Source of the DNA: Octopus vulgaris
Lineage: Eukaryota
NCBI GenBank assembly: GCA_951406725.2
Contig: OX597815.1
Coordinates: 176,948,001 to 177,012,000, forward strand
Length of the DNA: 64,000 bases
Direction: 5' to 3'
The notes under the pieces were generated by a model that saw only the letters and a program-made list of their open reading frames with translations, was not told the origin of the DNA and made no database searches. The position numbers were made by a program, and so were the translations under genes. This document shows positions 25,256 to 40,562 of the stretch, in pieces (position 1 is the stretch's first letter; every line of letters starts with the position of its first letter).

Positions 25256-25904
25256 GGTGTGCGTGTGTTAGAAGAGTAATATTATTCAGAGCTACTGGAC
25301 CAAGTTCAGTTCGAAGTATCCAGAGTATACAAAGCATACAAAATAAGCCACACTTTATCGCCATTTTCCACTTCTTTATCGTATGACCTCAAGTCCCTAC
25401 ACTCTGAGGATATTAGAAAGGGAAAACAGAACCCATTGCTGGATGCAAGCCACAGCACGGGATTCTTATATTCATATGTTGATTTATGTTAAGAAAGAAT
25501 ATTAAGATCGCAAATACGTTTTCTGGAATTGGATTTCTTTTTGAAAGAATTCTTTTCAAGTGGAAGTAAACACACAAGTTTTGCGATCCTCGAGTGTTGG
25601 ACATTACCGTTGTCATTCACCGTTTCTGGCATTGTTTAGGCTCAGAGTTATTTTCTTTGTCAGAAAATATAAGAATGTTTTTTAACATTTCTCAAGTCGT
25701 GTTCGTGACAAAATATTTAAAAATGATTTCGCGTTGTTCATTACTGTTATTGTACAGACATGCATGTACACGTATATGTATGTGTGTGTGTGTGTGTATA
25801 TACATGTAATGAGTGTCTGTATACGTATATATATAAATATATACATATATATACACACGTGTGTATATATATAAGAATGCATATATACTATATTCATACA
25901 TACG

Positions 25905-27296
<1,392 letters not shown>

Positions 27297-27368
27297 CCTT
27301 AAATCCTTAAAAATGTTTTAGCCCGAAGGCCGCGGCCATGCTGGGGCACCACCGCTGAATGAGCCACA

Positions 27369-30300
27369 CTAGTTTGTGAATCCACCTCTGATACGTGGCA
27401 CTTGATCAACAAGGGAGTTCGATGCTGCTGCCCGCATCCGTGTCTCCTGTCGTGAGGTAGGTTCATCTGGGACTCCCAACAAGAAGAGATCCAGTTTAGT
27501 TTTAAAGAAACCCACATCCACACCATGTAAGTCTCTCAGGCATTTAGGGAGGATGTTGAAAAGCTGTGGTCCTCTGAAACCCAAGCTGTTGCAGTATCTG
27601 GACCTGTATTTTGATGGTGATGTTGGAATCCTTGGCACCACGCAGCGGCGCCCCGTTCTGCGGTTGGAGTAACTTTGAATGCCAAAGTTTGGGACAAGAC
27701 CCTCCAGGATTTTCCAGATGTATATTACTGCATATCTCTCCCGCCTCCGCTCCAGGGAGAAGAGGTTTAATACCTTCAGTCTTTCCCAGTAGCTGACATT
27801 TTGCATTGAGACGATTTTCTTTGTGTAGCTTCTCTGAGTTGCTTCGAGTTCTGCTGTTTGTTTTATATTGTGTGGTGACCAAAGTTGGGAGCAGTAGTCC
27901 AAGCGGCTGAGGACAAATGTTTTCCATAGGACCATCAGTGTCTCCTTCTCTCTTGTTCTGAAAGTTCGGAGAATCCATCCAGCTAGCCGTCTGCATTTTA
28001 TCACCAGATTAGCAATATGCATTTGGAAAGATGCATCATTGCTCATGTCAATGCCCAGGTCACGCACTGATTTTGACTCAGGGATTGCAATTCTTCCTGG
28101 GCCAGTGTATCCAGTCTTCACGTCATTTACCTTTGTGTGCCAGTAGCGCAGGGCCTGGAACTTACCTGCATTAAACTGCATGTTGTTGTCCTCAGCCCAC
28201 CTGTATATTGTGTCCAGCTCATGTTGCAGATGCGCAATATTTTCAGGGTTCTGTATTGCGTGGGAGACCTTTGTGTCATCTGCATAGCTAGCAAGGGTGG
28301 TCATCGTAGCAACTGAAGGCATGTCTGAAAGGGCCACTATGAACATCAGTGGCCCCAAGACAGTGCCCTGTGGGACACCGCTTGTTATTTGCGTTTCCCT
28401 GGAGGTGGCTCCATTGCTCACAACTGCCTGTTTTCTGTCTTTTAGGAAGTTGTGCAGCCACTCTCCAAGTTTCCCGCCTATGCCGAGACCACGCAGTTTG
28501 TGACAGATCATACCATGGTCGACTTTATCAAAGGCTTTTGCAAAGTCAAGATATATTACATCCACATTTGAGCCATTTAGTAGCTGTTTCAACACCCAGT
28601 CATAGTGTTGCAGGAGCTGTGTTAGGCAGCCTCTACCTGGTCGAAATCCATGCTGGGTGTCAGACAGTAAGTCATTTTCTTCAAGGAACATGATTAGTTT
28701 CTTACGGACTATTCGTTCCATGACTTTGCTGATGTGTGAGGTCAGAGAGATAGGCCTATAATTTTTAGCATCTGCTCTGCTACCTCCCTTATGGATAGGG
28801 CATATTACCCCCTCTTTCAGTTTGACTGGGAGCTTACCACTTGCAAGAAAGCTCTGAAAAAGAAGCTGTAGCGGTTTTGCAAGGGCTCGTTTGCACGATT
28901 TGAGAAGGATCGCTGGGAATCCATCAGGTCCAGCAGCTGAGTTTGTGTCAATCTCATCAATGGCTAGTGTGATATCATCTTCTTCGATGTTGATGTACTC
29001 AATTTTTGTCTCTTTGGCCGCTGGTAAAGTGGCAAAGAATTCTTCTGGGTTGTTTACTTGCCTGTGTCCTAGAGGTGTAGTGAATACACTTTGGAACTGT
29101 TCGTTCAGTATTTCACTTATCCTCGTGGGATTTCCTGTGAGAGAGCCATCTTTTTGGAAGAGAGGTCCTATTCTCTGGTGCACTGTGGCTGTCTCTTTGG
29201 CAAACTTAAAGAAAGCTTTAGGGTTTGATTTTATATTTTCTATTACCCAAGCTTCTTTATCTGCTCTCTCCTTTTCATGGGACTGATGTAGACTTTTCTC
29301 AGTTTCCATTAGCATTCTTTCGAGCCGAGACTTCTCACCACTTTTGGTGTGCTTGCTCAGGCGGTTTGCAATCCTTGTCCGTCGTCTCATAAGAATCCTC
29401 CTTTCTCTAGGGATCCTGTTTTTATTCTTGTGTGTGCTGGCCCTGCACATTGGGACATATTTGTCACATATGGCTTGTATTATGGACATGAAGTGTTTGT
29501 GTTTCATGTTTATGTCCGGTGTGGAGAGACATTCAGGCCAATCCTGTTTGAGGATCTCTTTCTCAATCGACTTCCAGTTGGCTTTATGAAAGTTTAAGTT
29601 GGAGAGATGGTGGGTGCTTCGTATAGGCTGTGTGTCTGCGGGGGCTTTTGTTCCATACGTAGACAGCTCTATTATGTTGTGATCCGAGATCATTGTCGGC
29701 ATCACATTAACATTATGGATAATATCCATATTGTTTGTAAAGCAGAGATCCAGTATATTATCTGCCCTTGTTGGTTGCAGAACTATTTGCTCCATGAAAG
29801 AGGTATTTGTGAGATGGAGCAGGGACTCCACCTGTGCCTGCTGATGGTGTGTCATCCCTGGGAGCATCTGCCCCCCAGGCCATTCCACATTGGGGAGGTT
29901 AAAGTCACCCATGAAGAATACACTGTTGTGCTGTTCAAGGTTGGTGAGGACTTCTCCTATTTTTGTTAGGCAGTCTTCAAACATGCCTGAGTGTTTTGGG
30001 GCGTCTGGTGGGCGATATGTAGTGCATATGACGATATTCAGTTGTCTTATGTGTACAATTTGAGTTTCACATACTGAGTTTGAATATGACAGCAGGACCT
30101 GGGGCGTGAGGTCATCTCGGATGTACATTGCAACTCCACCATGGCTCCTCCCTTTTCTATCTGTGCGTATGACTGCATATTGCGGCATGTGTATTTCTGC
30201 ATCACCTATATCGGGTTCAAGATGCGTTTCTGTGAGTGCCATGCATATAGCTTGATTGCATGTCACAAGGTCTCTCAGGAATGAAATTTTCTTTTTACAG

Positions 30301-30380
30301 TTTCCGCGCAGCAGCCCTCCTACATTCAGTAGAAATATTTTTGTGGTGTGTGTGTTGGTGTTGGTGTCTGTGGTGGCCAT
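27369..30380 (-). CDS. LINE ORF2: apurinic-like endonuclease plus reverse transcriptase (~1003 aa from MATTDT; the frame is open from 30473)
   Basis: APE motifs NVGGL, LTETHL, GGVAMY, YRPP, GDFN, ILDLCFTN and SDH. RT motifs GPDG, YRPISLTS, QHGFR, LDFAKAFD, GVPQGTVLGP and YADD. No stops or frameshifts. Confidence 0.97.
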   Translation of the reverse strand: MATTDTNTNTHTTKIFLLNVGGLLRGNCKKKISFLRDLVTCNQAICMALTETHLEPDIGDAEIHMPQYAVIRTDRKGRSHGGVAMYIRDDLTPQVLLSYSNSVCETQIVHIRQLNIVICTTYRPPDAPKHSGMFEDCLTKIGEVLTNLEQHNSVFFMGDFNLPNVEWPGGQMLPGMTHHQQAQVESLLHLTNTSFMEQIVLQPTRADNILDLCFTNNMDIIHNVNVMPTMISDHNIIELSTYGTKAPADTQPIRSTHHLSNLNFHKANWKSIEKEILKQDWPECLSTPDINMKHKHFMSIIQAICDKYVPMCRASTHKNKNRIPRERRILMRRRTRIANRLSKHTKSGEKSRLERMLMETEKSLHQSHEKERADKEAWVIENIKSNPKAFFKFAKETATVHQRIGPLFQKDGSLTGNPTRISEILNEQFQSVFTTPLGHRQVNNPEEFFATLPAAKETKIEYINIEEDDITLAIDEIDTNSAAGPDGFPAILLKSCKRALAKPLQLLFQSFLASGKLPVKLKEGVICPIHKGGSRADAKNYRPISLTSHISKVMERIVRKKLIMFLEENDLLSDTQHGFRPGRGCLTQLLQHYDWVLKQLLNGSNVDVIYLDFAKAFDKVDHGMICHKLRGLGIGGKLGEWLHNFLKDRKQAVVSNGATSRETQITSGVPQGTVLGPLMFIVALSDMPSVATMTTLASYADDTKVSHAIQNPENIAHLQHELDTIYRWAEDNNMQFNAGKFQALRYWHTKVNDVKTGYTGPGRIAIPESKSVRDLGIDMSNDASFQMHIANLVIKCRRLAGWILRTFRTREKETLMVLWKTFVLSRLDYCSQLWSPHNIKQTAELEATQRSYTKKIVSMQNVSYWERLKVLNLFSLERRRERYAVIYIWKILEGLVPNFGIQSYSNRRTGRRCVVPRIPTSPSKYRSRYCNSLGFRGPQLFNILPKCLRDLHGVDVGFFKTKLDLFLLGVPDEPTSRQETRMRAAASNSLVDQVPRIRGGFTN

Positions 30381-31005
30381 CCTGCATCTGTTGGAGGTGG
30401 CCTTATGTGGTGGTAGTTCCAGCTTTGTGCTTGTAGCCAGGTCAGCTGCTGAACAATTTTTTGTGCCATGCACAAAAAAGACTGCTGTTCAGCTGCCGCC
30501 CTTCTCACATCTGGGTGAAGCTGGCCACCTGTTGGGTTTCCGCGCACCACATCTGCATACCGTCTTTCAGTAGTGGTCAGTGCGCTTTTTCCCTTCTTTT
30601 AACTTTTTGTTTTTGTTCTCCCTGAGGGAGGGACCTCTGTCTCGCGTCCGTGCGGTTTTGGTAGGGCCTCCGATGTGCAAAGCGACAGTTTGCACCTTCA
30701 ACGCCGTACCAGCAGTCCCCCCTCAGGTAGAATTTGCAGGTGTTTCTTTCCCTGCCCTTACAGTTTTTGCTGGGGTCCCTCTGCTTTCTCTGGACAGGGC
30801 TTCCTTTAGCCTTGATTCTGTCACCCTTTACCTCCTGCTTCCCATCAATTCCAGGGTGCCTTTCCTTTCTTGCGGCCATCGCACCTCTTTGGTCTTCAGT
30901 TGTGGTGTTGGAAGCTGGACATGTGTCATCGTTTCCCTGTGTTCCAGGCTTCTCCATTTGGCTCTGGATGCTTTCCTCATCCTTTTGGCCCTCCCTGCTG
31001 CCGTC
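30326..31005 (-). pseudogene. LINE ORF1 C-terminal part with CCCH zinc finger, split by a -1 frameshift near 30586-30590
   Basis: The frame is open from the 5' junction (DGSREG...), contains CKFYLRGDCWYGVEGANCRFAH (30673-30738) and stops at 30577. The -1 frame continues LTTTERRYADVVRG...PPQTPTP to 30326, overlapping the ORF2 start. Confidence 0.7.
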
Positions 31006-32850
<1,845 letters not shown>

Positions 32851-33136
32851 ATACATATATATATATACATATATGTACGTGTTTGTGTGTGTATATATAA
32901 GTATACGTATACAGTATATCCATATACACTCATATATATATATATACACAAACGTTTGTGTGTATGTGTACACCCTTATGTATGTGTACATATCTGTATT
33001 CCTTCCCTTCTTTCTGTTAGTGCACGTGTGTGTGTGTGTGTGTGTCGGTATCAGCACTTTTAAGAGTAGCAAAATTTATTGTATTAGTGAAATTGACTGG
33101 GATATCAAATTGTGGCGTTTGTTGCTCAAAGAGCGT

Positions 33137-33171
<35 letters not shown>

Positions 33172-33522
33172 ACAGTTAGTATTTCATAGTGGGAGACTGA
33201 CTTTAGCTTGGGTAAATGCGATAAATGGCATTGTCTCAGATCATTAAAACATCTACAACTGTTAATTGCTCACCGTTGTTTAAGATTACCCTACTTAGTG
33301 AGGGGCAATAATGACATTGGAGCAATATATAAACTAGTATAGATTGCGGTAACGCAAGCCTCGAGTGTAAAATGCCATTTTAGAAAAACAATAGAAAAAA
33401 AATTAAGAAAAATTTTTCGTCGGCTGGCAAAGAAGATGTTACTCATTGCCAAATTGCAGAATGATGGACCAAAACATGTGAATGCCAAAAACTCCAAATT
33501 TTGAAAACATGACAAATATTAA

Positions 33523-33565
<43 letters not shown>

Positions 33566-33753
33566 AACTTTATTAATAAAATAGGAGATAAAATGTGTAA
33601 TAGACTTTATTGGGTATAACACAATAATAATACTACTGTTAACCCAATCGCCACTACGAAGTTGTTCTTGTAAATCTACGGATAACAACAGGTGATCGAA
33701 ACTGTGACGGTGCTTTACGCATCATCTATTTATACATTTTGAATAATTTCTCC

Positions 33754-33784
<31 letters not shown>

Positions 33785-33990
33785 GTATTTCTAAATCTCT
33801 CAGAGAGATTTGTACCGTAGTAATACTATAAAGTGGTGGTATGTCGTCAACTTAATGTGACTGTCCCATGAAAGGGGATAATACTACTGCTATTTAGCCC
33901 TAGGAAGCAGCACCACTTCCTGTCGACCGTGACACATTTCCTTTGTCCTTATGTTTACAAAGGGGGAGATAAGCACTTCCACCCAGCAAA

Positions 33991-34050
33991 GCCAGCATCC
34001 AAAGACTAGTTTCTGAGTCATTACTCCTCATCAGTCTGGAGTAGCATGGC
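33991..34050 (-). ncRNA. Minimal type-I hammerhead ribozyme (Penelope-type) with canonical core
   Basis: TCCAGA-CTGATGA-g-GAGT(AATG)ACTC-a-GAAA-CTAG-TC-TTTGGA; palindromic helix III ACTAGT; predicted cleavage between 34004 and 34003; stem I extended by GCCA/TGGC. Confidence 0.75.
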
Positions 34051-34153
34051 TTGCTAGCTGTCAGTGCTTATTTGCCTTTGAAAACATATAAGTATTCTAG
34101 TGAAATTTGTTCACTGATTATAGAAATAATACATTTCTGTATCTGTCTGTCTG

Positions 34154-34154
<1 letters not shown>

Positions 34155-34185
<31 letters not shown>

Positions 34186-34223
34186 TGTATGTATGTATGT
34201 ATGTATGTATGTATGTATGTATA

Positions 34224-34266
<43 letters not shown>
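34155..34266. repeat. (ATGT)n-(TG)n microsatellite
   Basis: Read directly. Confidence 0.95.
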
Positions 34267-34270
<4 letters not shown>

Positions 34271-34562
34271 CTATGCGTAAGTGTGTCATTTTCCCCCCTA
34301 ACAACTGCCTTTTCAAACGCAGTTGCTGATATTACTCAAGGAAAACGTTGTAGCACTAATTGTAACAGGCAATTGTTTATGTATGACCAAATGAGTCTTT
34401 TTCTTTCCACGTTCTCGTATTTACTCATCTATTTCAATATGAGGAATAATTATACAGAGCTGTATCATATTTCTACGTATTTCTCTGTTTGTTCTTTGCA
34501 GTTAATAAACTGAGTCAAAGAAAAAAACGAATAGATATTTTGTTATTTAAGGAGAATATATA

Positions 34563-34966
34563 TACTCTTTACTCTTTTACTTGTTTCAGTCACTTGACTG
34601 CGGCCATGCTGGAGCACCGCCTTTAGTCGAGCAAATCGACCCCGGGACTTATTCTTTGTAAGCCCAGTACTTATTCTATCGGTCGTTTTTGCCGAACCGC
34701 TAAGTGACGGGGACGTAAACACACCAGCATCGGTTGTCAAGTAAATGCTAGGGAAACAAACACAGACACACACACATACATACATATATATATACATATG
34801 TACGACAGGCTTCTTTCAGTTTCTGTCTACCAAATCCACTCACAAGGCATTGGTCGGCCCAGGGCTATAGCAGAAGACACTTGCCCAAGGTGCCACGCAG
34901 TGGGACTGAACCCGGAACCATGTGGTTGGTTAGCAAGCTACTTACCACACAGCCACTCCTGCGCCT
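34563..34966 (-). mobile_element. SINE family B, young full-length copy
   Basis: Complete head-core-microsatellite-tail structure; TATATA on both flanks. Confidence 0.92.
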
Positions 34967-37367
34967 ATATATGTAGATTCAGAATGCACAGCATGTTCGC
35001 AGTTATATTCTGTTGCGTACCTGATGGAAGTTGTAATGGTGGGGTCGATACAATTTCAAATGTTTTTTTGCGCAAATAGACAATTCATTACAAATTTGAT
35101 TTGTTCATAAAATAAAATGTAAAACGTTTGATTGCTGAATATCTTTTACTCGATTTATGCGTACGATTTAAGAATGGAATGGAGGTTCGAACCATACTCA
35201 CAAGCATGCTCGAACAAACAGACACACAAAATCACACACACACACATACACACGCACACAGACGCACGCGCACACACACACATGCGCACACACACTCATA
35301 CACACACGCTCGCGCATGCAGGCACAAACAGCTGTTTTAACCAAATTCTATTTCAGAGGGTATTTTTTAGTTTAAGGAAATTTAATTCCAATTAATTCCA
35401 GTTGTCGTTTTTCAAAAGATTCTCCCAGGAAAGGTGAATCGTCACCAAGTATTTAAAATACAATTAGCAAATGCTTCTTGTATTTAAATTTATTCTATAT
35501 CGATATTTGTAAACGGTTGTGAACCCCGTATGAAGCTCAGTTTCAATGCGATTAAGTGAAACCTACAAGTGATCCGATATTTAACTCAAAATCAAGAAAA
35601 CTGTTAATACGATCCAAGCTACTTCAGTAGGTGGTTGAGTTGAGGATAAATTCCACATTTTCACCCATCAATCTCTCCTTTGATTCAGTGATAGAAACAC
35701 ATCTATTGCACGCTGTAGTTATTTCCCCGAATGGCGGAGTCTAGTGAACGAATTCATGGCTAGCGTTCGGATATATAAATGTATAAAGTTTACTCATAGA
35801 AACACACACACACACGCACATTTATAGATATTGCATACTTACATACCTTAGACAGAAGAACATCTCCACCTGCTACCCAAATCCTCCTTCCTAGATTCTC
35901 CACGAAACATTTTTAGCTTGACTCTCCGAATAATAACGTTGTTACCAAGTGATTGTTTGAAATTAAATGTTTTATAAAATTAAGGCATTAACTATGGCAT
36001 CTAATGACAACATAATTAGATTTCTTTCACAACCTTGACAGCGTAATTAGATTATCAGAGTTCCTGTTTTTCTGTTCCTTTACTTTTTTCTCTAAATACC
36101 TTACCTCCGAGAGATGAATGTAGTTAATTTTCAATTTGGTTGAAGATAGTGATTTGAGACGAAACATACAGCAGTCAAAAGATGAAGATTGTCGAAATGA
36201 AACAATCGAAATAGCTCAAGTGTATGAACTGTATCTTCAACTATGGCACCTGATCCTCAGCGGTCTACTCGGTCACCTTAGATGTGTAGGAAAATGTCTA
36301 ATTACTTCTTACTGCTCGATAAGGAGCTGAACATTAAAAATGACGACTCTTTATTTGGTTTGTAGTATTGACTTTGAATAAACCTTGAATTGAAATGAGG
36401 AGTGCATTCCTTTTAATTAATCTTTACAAGGGTGAATTAAGATATTTAGTAATACTCAATGGTTTAATCTGACATGAAGTTTTCCTCTGCGGTACAATCC
36501 ATATATAATTCCTGTTTCCTGTAACTGATTTGTGTTTTCCTTTTTTGGTTCAGTCTCCTAAAAGTAACCAAGATCTGACCTGAAGGTTGAAAAGTCTGAG
36601 AAGCACTGGTCCAACCCTATTTTATTTAAGTGAAAAATATTAATTGCGATGGAGGAAATTATTAATTCTGACCAACAAGATGCCGGTGCAGTGGAGTATC
36701 GTGTACCACTCTCTCTCACTGTTTGTGTCTCTCTCTGTCTTTCTCGGTTCGCAACACACGTACATTTATGCATACATTCATGTAATTATATATCAACTGT
36801 GGCCAAACATCATTTGAGTGCCTCATACGATAATCTTCAGATCATAATCTATACTTTTTGGTTAGTGGGAATGCCAGATTTACCAAACTTTCATAATCGC
36901 TAGTTATTATCAGCCGAGTTCTTGTAGATGGCCATCTTGGCTGTCTGCTTTTGAAAACACCGCCAAATTTACCTGTTGTGTAAGCATTAAGAATTATCTC
37001 CGTCAGGTGTTTCAAAAGTACGATACATTGACATCATAAACTTAATTTCAGAATGCAGAAATCCACAGCAGTATTTTGCGGTGAAAGTTGAGGACAATTT
37101 ATTTCTCGAACTTGTTTTTCTAGAAATTAATTATAAACTGTATTGTGTGAATCATCTTTAGACCCAGGTTGTCTTGTAATGCTATAAATTGCAATTCTAT
37201 AGAAGATGACTCCGTAACCAGCGGTTGGAGAAAACGAGCATTGACAAATTAGTTGTGAATGGATATGCAAGACAGACTCAGAAGTTGACGTAAGTCATCA
37301 AATCCCGTCAGGAAATTATAAAGTTGTCATTGTAAATTGTCTTTGTATTCTTTCACTTGCTTTCTTT

Positions 37368-37624
37368 TGTATATATATATATATAGTGTGTGTGTGTATT
37401 TATATATGTGTGTGTGTGTATTTATATATGTGTGTGTGTGTATTTATATATATGTGTGTGTGTGTATTTATATATGTGTGTGTGTGTGTGTATTTATATA
37501 TATGTGTGTGTATGTATATGTGTGTGTGTGTATGTATATATATGTGTGTGTGTATGTATATATATGTGTGTGTGTATATATATATATGTGTGTGTGTGTG
37601 TGTATATATATATATGTGTGTGTG

Positions 37625-37660
<36 letters not shown>
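37368..37660. repeat. Compound (TG)n(TA)n minisatellite
   Basis: Read directly; recurring GTGTGTATTTATATAT units. Confidence 0.9.
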
Positions 37661-37663
<3 letters not shown>

Positions 37664-38828
37664 AAAGATAATGAGATAGTAGAAGCGAATGAAGTTTTCG
37701 ACAATACGTTTCTTTGAAAATTTCTCAGTTTATTTTGAAAGTAAAAATTACTTTGGTAAGATCACAATGAATATAATCCTTCCTGCTCTAGTGCTACTAA
37801 TTTCAGAGTTTCTACTTGATTCATTACACCAGTAAGGAACCTCAGATCTTACATCTGTTCATCATTCTATTTTCGAGAATAATAACTTATATTTAAGGAA
37901 AGTAATAAGATGGCGCTGATTGACAGGCACCTCACAATGCAACTGAGAGACATCAGTGAACTTAACTTCAAACGTCAGTTATTCGATAACGTTTCTAAAA
38001 TTCCGTTGAGTCTTTTGATTTAAGTATAAATCTGTCATTTTCTATGGTAGATTTCTTAACATTTTCGAATTCAAAGCATCTCCGTGACAAATGTTCCAGA
38101 TGAATAACGCAATAAACAGGTAAAAACTCTGGAAAGTTGGGATCACTTTACTTAAATGCAATTAATCTTTCACTTTTCCGACACAATCATAGGTACTTTA
38201 TCACTTGCAGCCCTCACTAATTGGTAGCTATAGGGTGAGAGTGTCATTTCGTTTATGTATGTGTATTCGGAGTATGGACATACTGACCGACCGTTGTAAC
38301 ACACAACCCTGTGTTTTGTTATGGACTATGAACAGGGGTAATATTCAGTTACATTTTAAACCTCAATTCAGAAATTGTATCAGCTTTTTCACTGATCAGT
38401 GTCAACAAATCTACTCTCTATTTAAAAAAGGATTTTTTATCATAGTAAATTGGGAAGCTGTTATCAAAGTTTCCTTAAACCTGATTTATGCGGATTATCA
38501 TTGAAGATTATTTGAGGATTGGGTTTAAAGTTTGGGTTTCACGTTACTGGTCTGTAACGACAGAGACACGTGGAATCTAAAAGTCTACCTACTTTAATAG
38601 TTGATGCAAAAATTAACACGAAGGTTTCTTATATAACCTACATAATGTCTTTTACTCAAATTTGATGAAACAATTTTTGGTGAAAATATTTCCTCAGTTA
38701 CTTGAAAACAAAATTGTATTCGAAGGGTACGCTGTAGGTTCACTAGCACCAGAGATATATCACTGCAAATTCAAATTGCTTTCGTATTTGACCGTTTATT
38801 TCCAGCTCTCTTACAAACGTTTAAATGA

Positions 38829-39083
38829 CATTTCATAATCTGGAGGCAGGAATAAAAGTTACGACGTTTCGTAGACGAATACGTCCTTGTAAACATTGTG
38901 AATAAAGATAGAAAAAATCAGGTAATGTGTTTATATGCATATTTCTCGAGCAATGACTTTCGAAATATGCATAAACACCCATTAGCTATTCTTATCTATC
39001 TTCAATCGCATTGTTTGTAGAAACGTATTCGTATACCAAACGTTGTAATTTGGAGAGGCTGGCTCTGGATTTTATAGAAAATG
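38829..39083. mobile_element. Long imperfect palindrome (MITE/foldback-like)
   Basis: AAGTTACGACGTTTCGTAGACGAATACGT...ATGCATATTTC pairs with GAAATATGCAT...ACGTATTCGTATACCAAACGTTGTAATTT. Confidence 0.65.
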
Positions 39084-40562
39084 TGTGGAAATGAACTTGA
39101 AAGTGATACACACACACACACACACACACATGCCCGTAGATTCATCTTCTCATCCTGATTGACCGCACTTACACGCAAACCTGTGTTTTTTGTTACTCTG
39201 CCTGTTCCCTATATCGCAAATGCTGTACTCCTCATTTGTCAATGAATAAGGATCGACTCCCGTAAATAATGCTCTTTCACTGAATACACCATATTTTGAC
39301 TGACATAAAAATCGATGCTTCAACATGGCCTGAATTGTGATGGCGATAAGCAACTTTTATTACAATTGCATGAATTTCAGTTTTATCTTTCTCTGTCTCT
39401 CTCTTTCGCCCTCTGTACACACACACACATACGCACATATACAATATAATTTACAGAAACACGAATGTGTTGTGGTGTTTGTTGATAAGTCTAATACGTA
39501 GGTGTGTGTGTTTGCTTGTATGTGTTAGCAAGAATTCTCCGTGATTGAAACGCTTGTCGATTTATTCAATACACGATTGATAAATAAAATGAGAAAAACC
39601 TGACATGATGATGTCAACGACTTTATTACTAACACGCTCGCTACCCCACTCTCATCCCGCCCACCCCTGTTGATCAATGTAAACAAATCATTAATTTCAT
39701 TCCTACACCATTCAGAATTTTCACAAGAAATTTCATCGTACTGCTATCGTTTTTATAATAATCTGTTATGTATTGCACAACCATGTGTGTGTGTGTGTGT
39801 GTGTGTGTGCGAATGTGTGTCTTTGCATAAATCTTTCTCTCCTACTCTCTGTCTGTCTATCTCTCTTTCTTTCTCTCTCTCTCTCTCACACACTCACTGA
39901 CGTGTTTTGTATATGAGTATATGAGTGTGTGTGTGCATGTAGGCAGTGGGTATTCACAGAAACCCTTTTTAGCGATCGAATTCCTTAGTACCGCATGACA
40001 TTCTGCATCATAACAAATACCGGATGACTGCCCCCTGGGCGACACCTACAAAGTAACATGTAATTTAATCAAGTGTTTTTATTCACTCCTATAAATGGGA
40101 ATTTATGGTCAAAGAAATATCATGAATAATTTAAGCTGAGATGTGCAACAGTTATCTCCCATGACAGGAGAAGCTGGAGATTATAAATGGTGGACTCCTG
40201 GATTGATGGGAGGAGGAGTCTTCGCCGTGAGGTTCCTCTTGGTACAGTAGACCTCGGACATTGATACGCGTGGCTCATTGTGGTCTCTCGTCTTCTACGG
40301 ACTATATTACGTAGATTGCAGTCTCGTTGGTCATTATTTATTGACGTGAATCCGTTTCTATCAGCTAAGATATTCCAGAAGCGTTTATGTCCCTTAAGAA
40401 AATTTGTTCCTCTTAAACTATAACAGTGAGATTAATGTAGCAGTCAAGAGGGAATGTTATAATCAAGAAACAACAGCTTGAAAGAAAACATTTCTGTCGC
40501 TACATTTTAGCGATAAAAAGATATATACACCACAAATATGCACATACATGCATACTTACACA

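Larger units (their letters stand above)
27293..31005 (-). mobile_element. CR1-group LINE, 5'-truncated in ORF1, with intact ORF2
   Basis: Sharp change to balanced base composition; ORF1 remnant, ORF2, ~60-nt 3' UTR and an 8-bp tandem tail (AAGGATTT)2. Confidence 0.95.

Noticed and set aside
27544-30573. Overlapping alternative-frame and antisense ORFs within the LINE
   Set aside because: Shadow ORFs of ORF2 with no recognisable domains.
39938-40424. Possible solo LTR (TG...CA, TATAAA)
   Set aside because: No matching TSD, no second copy and no PBS/PPT in the window.
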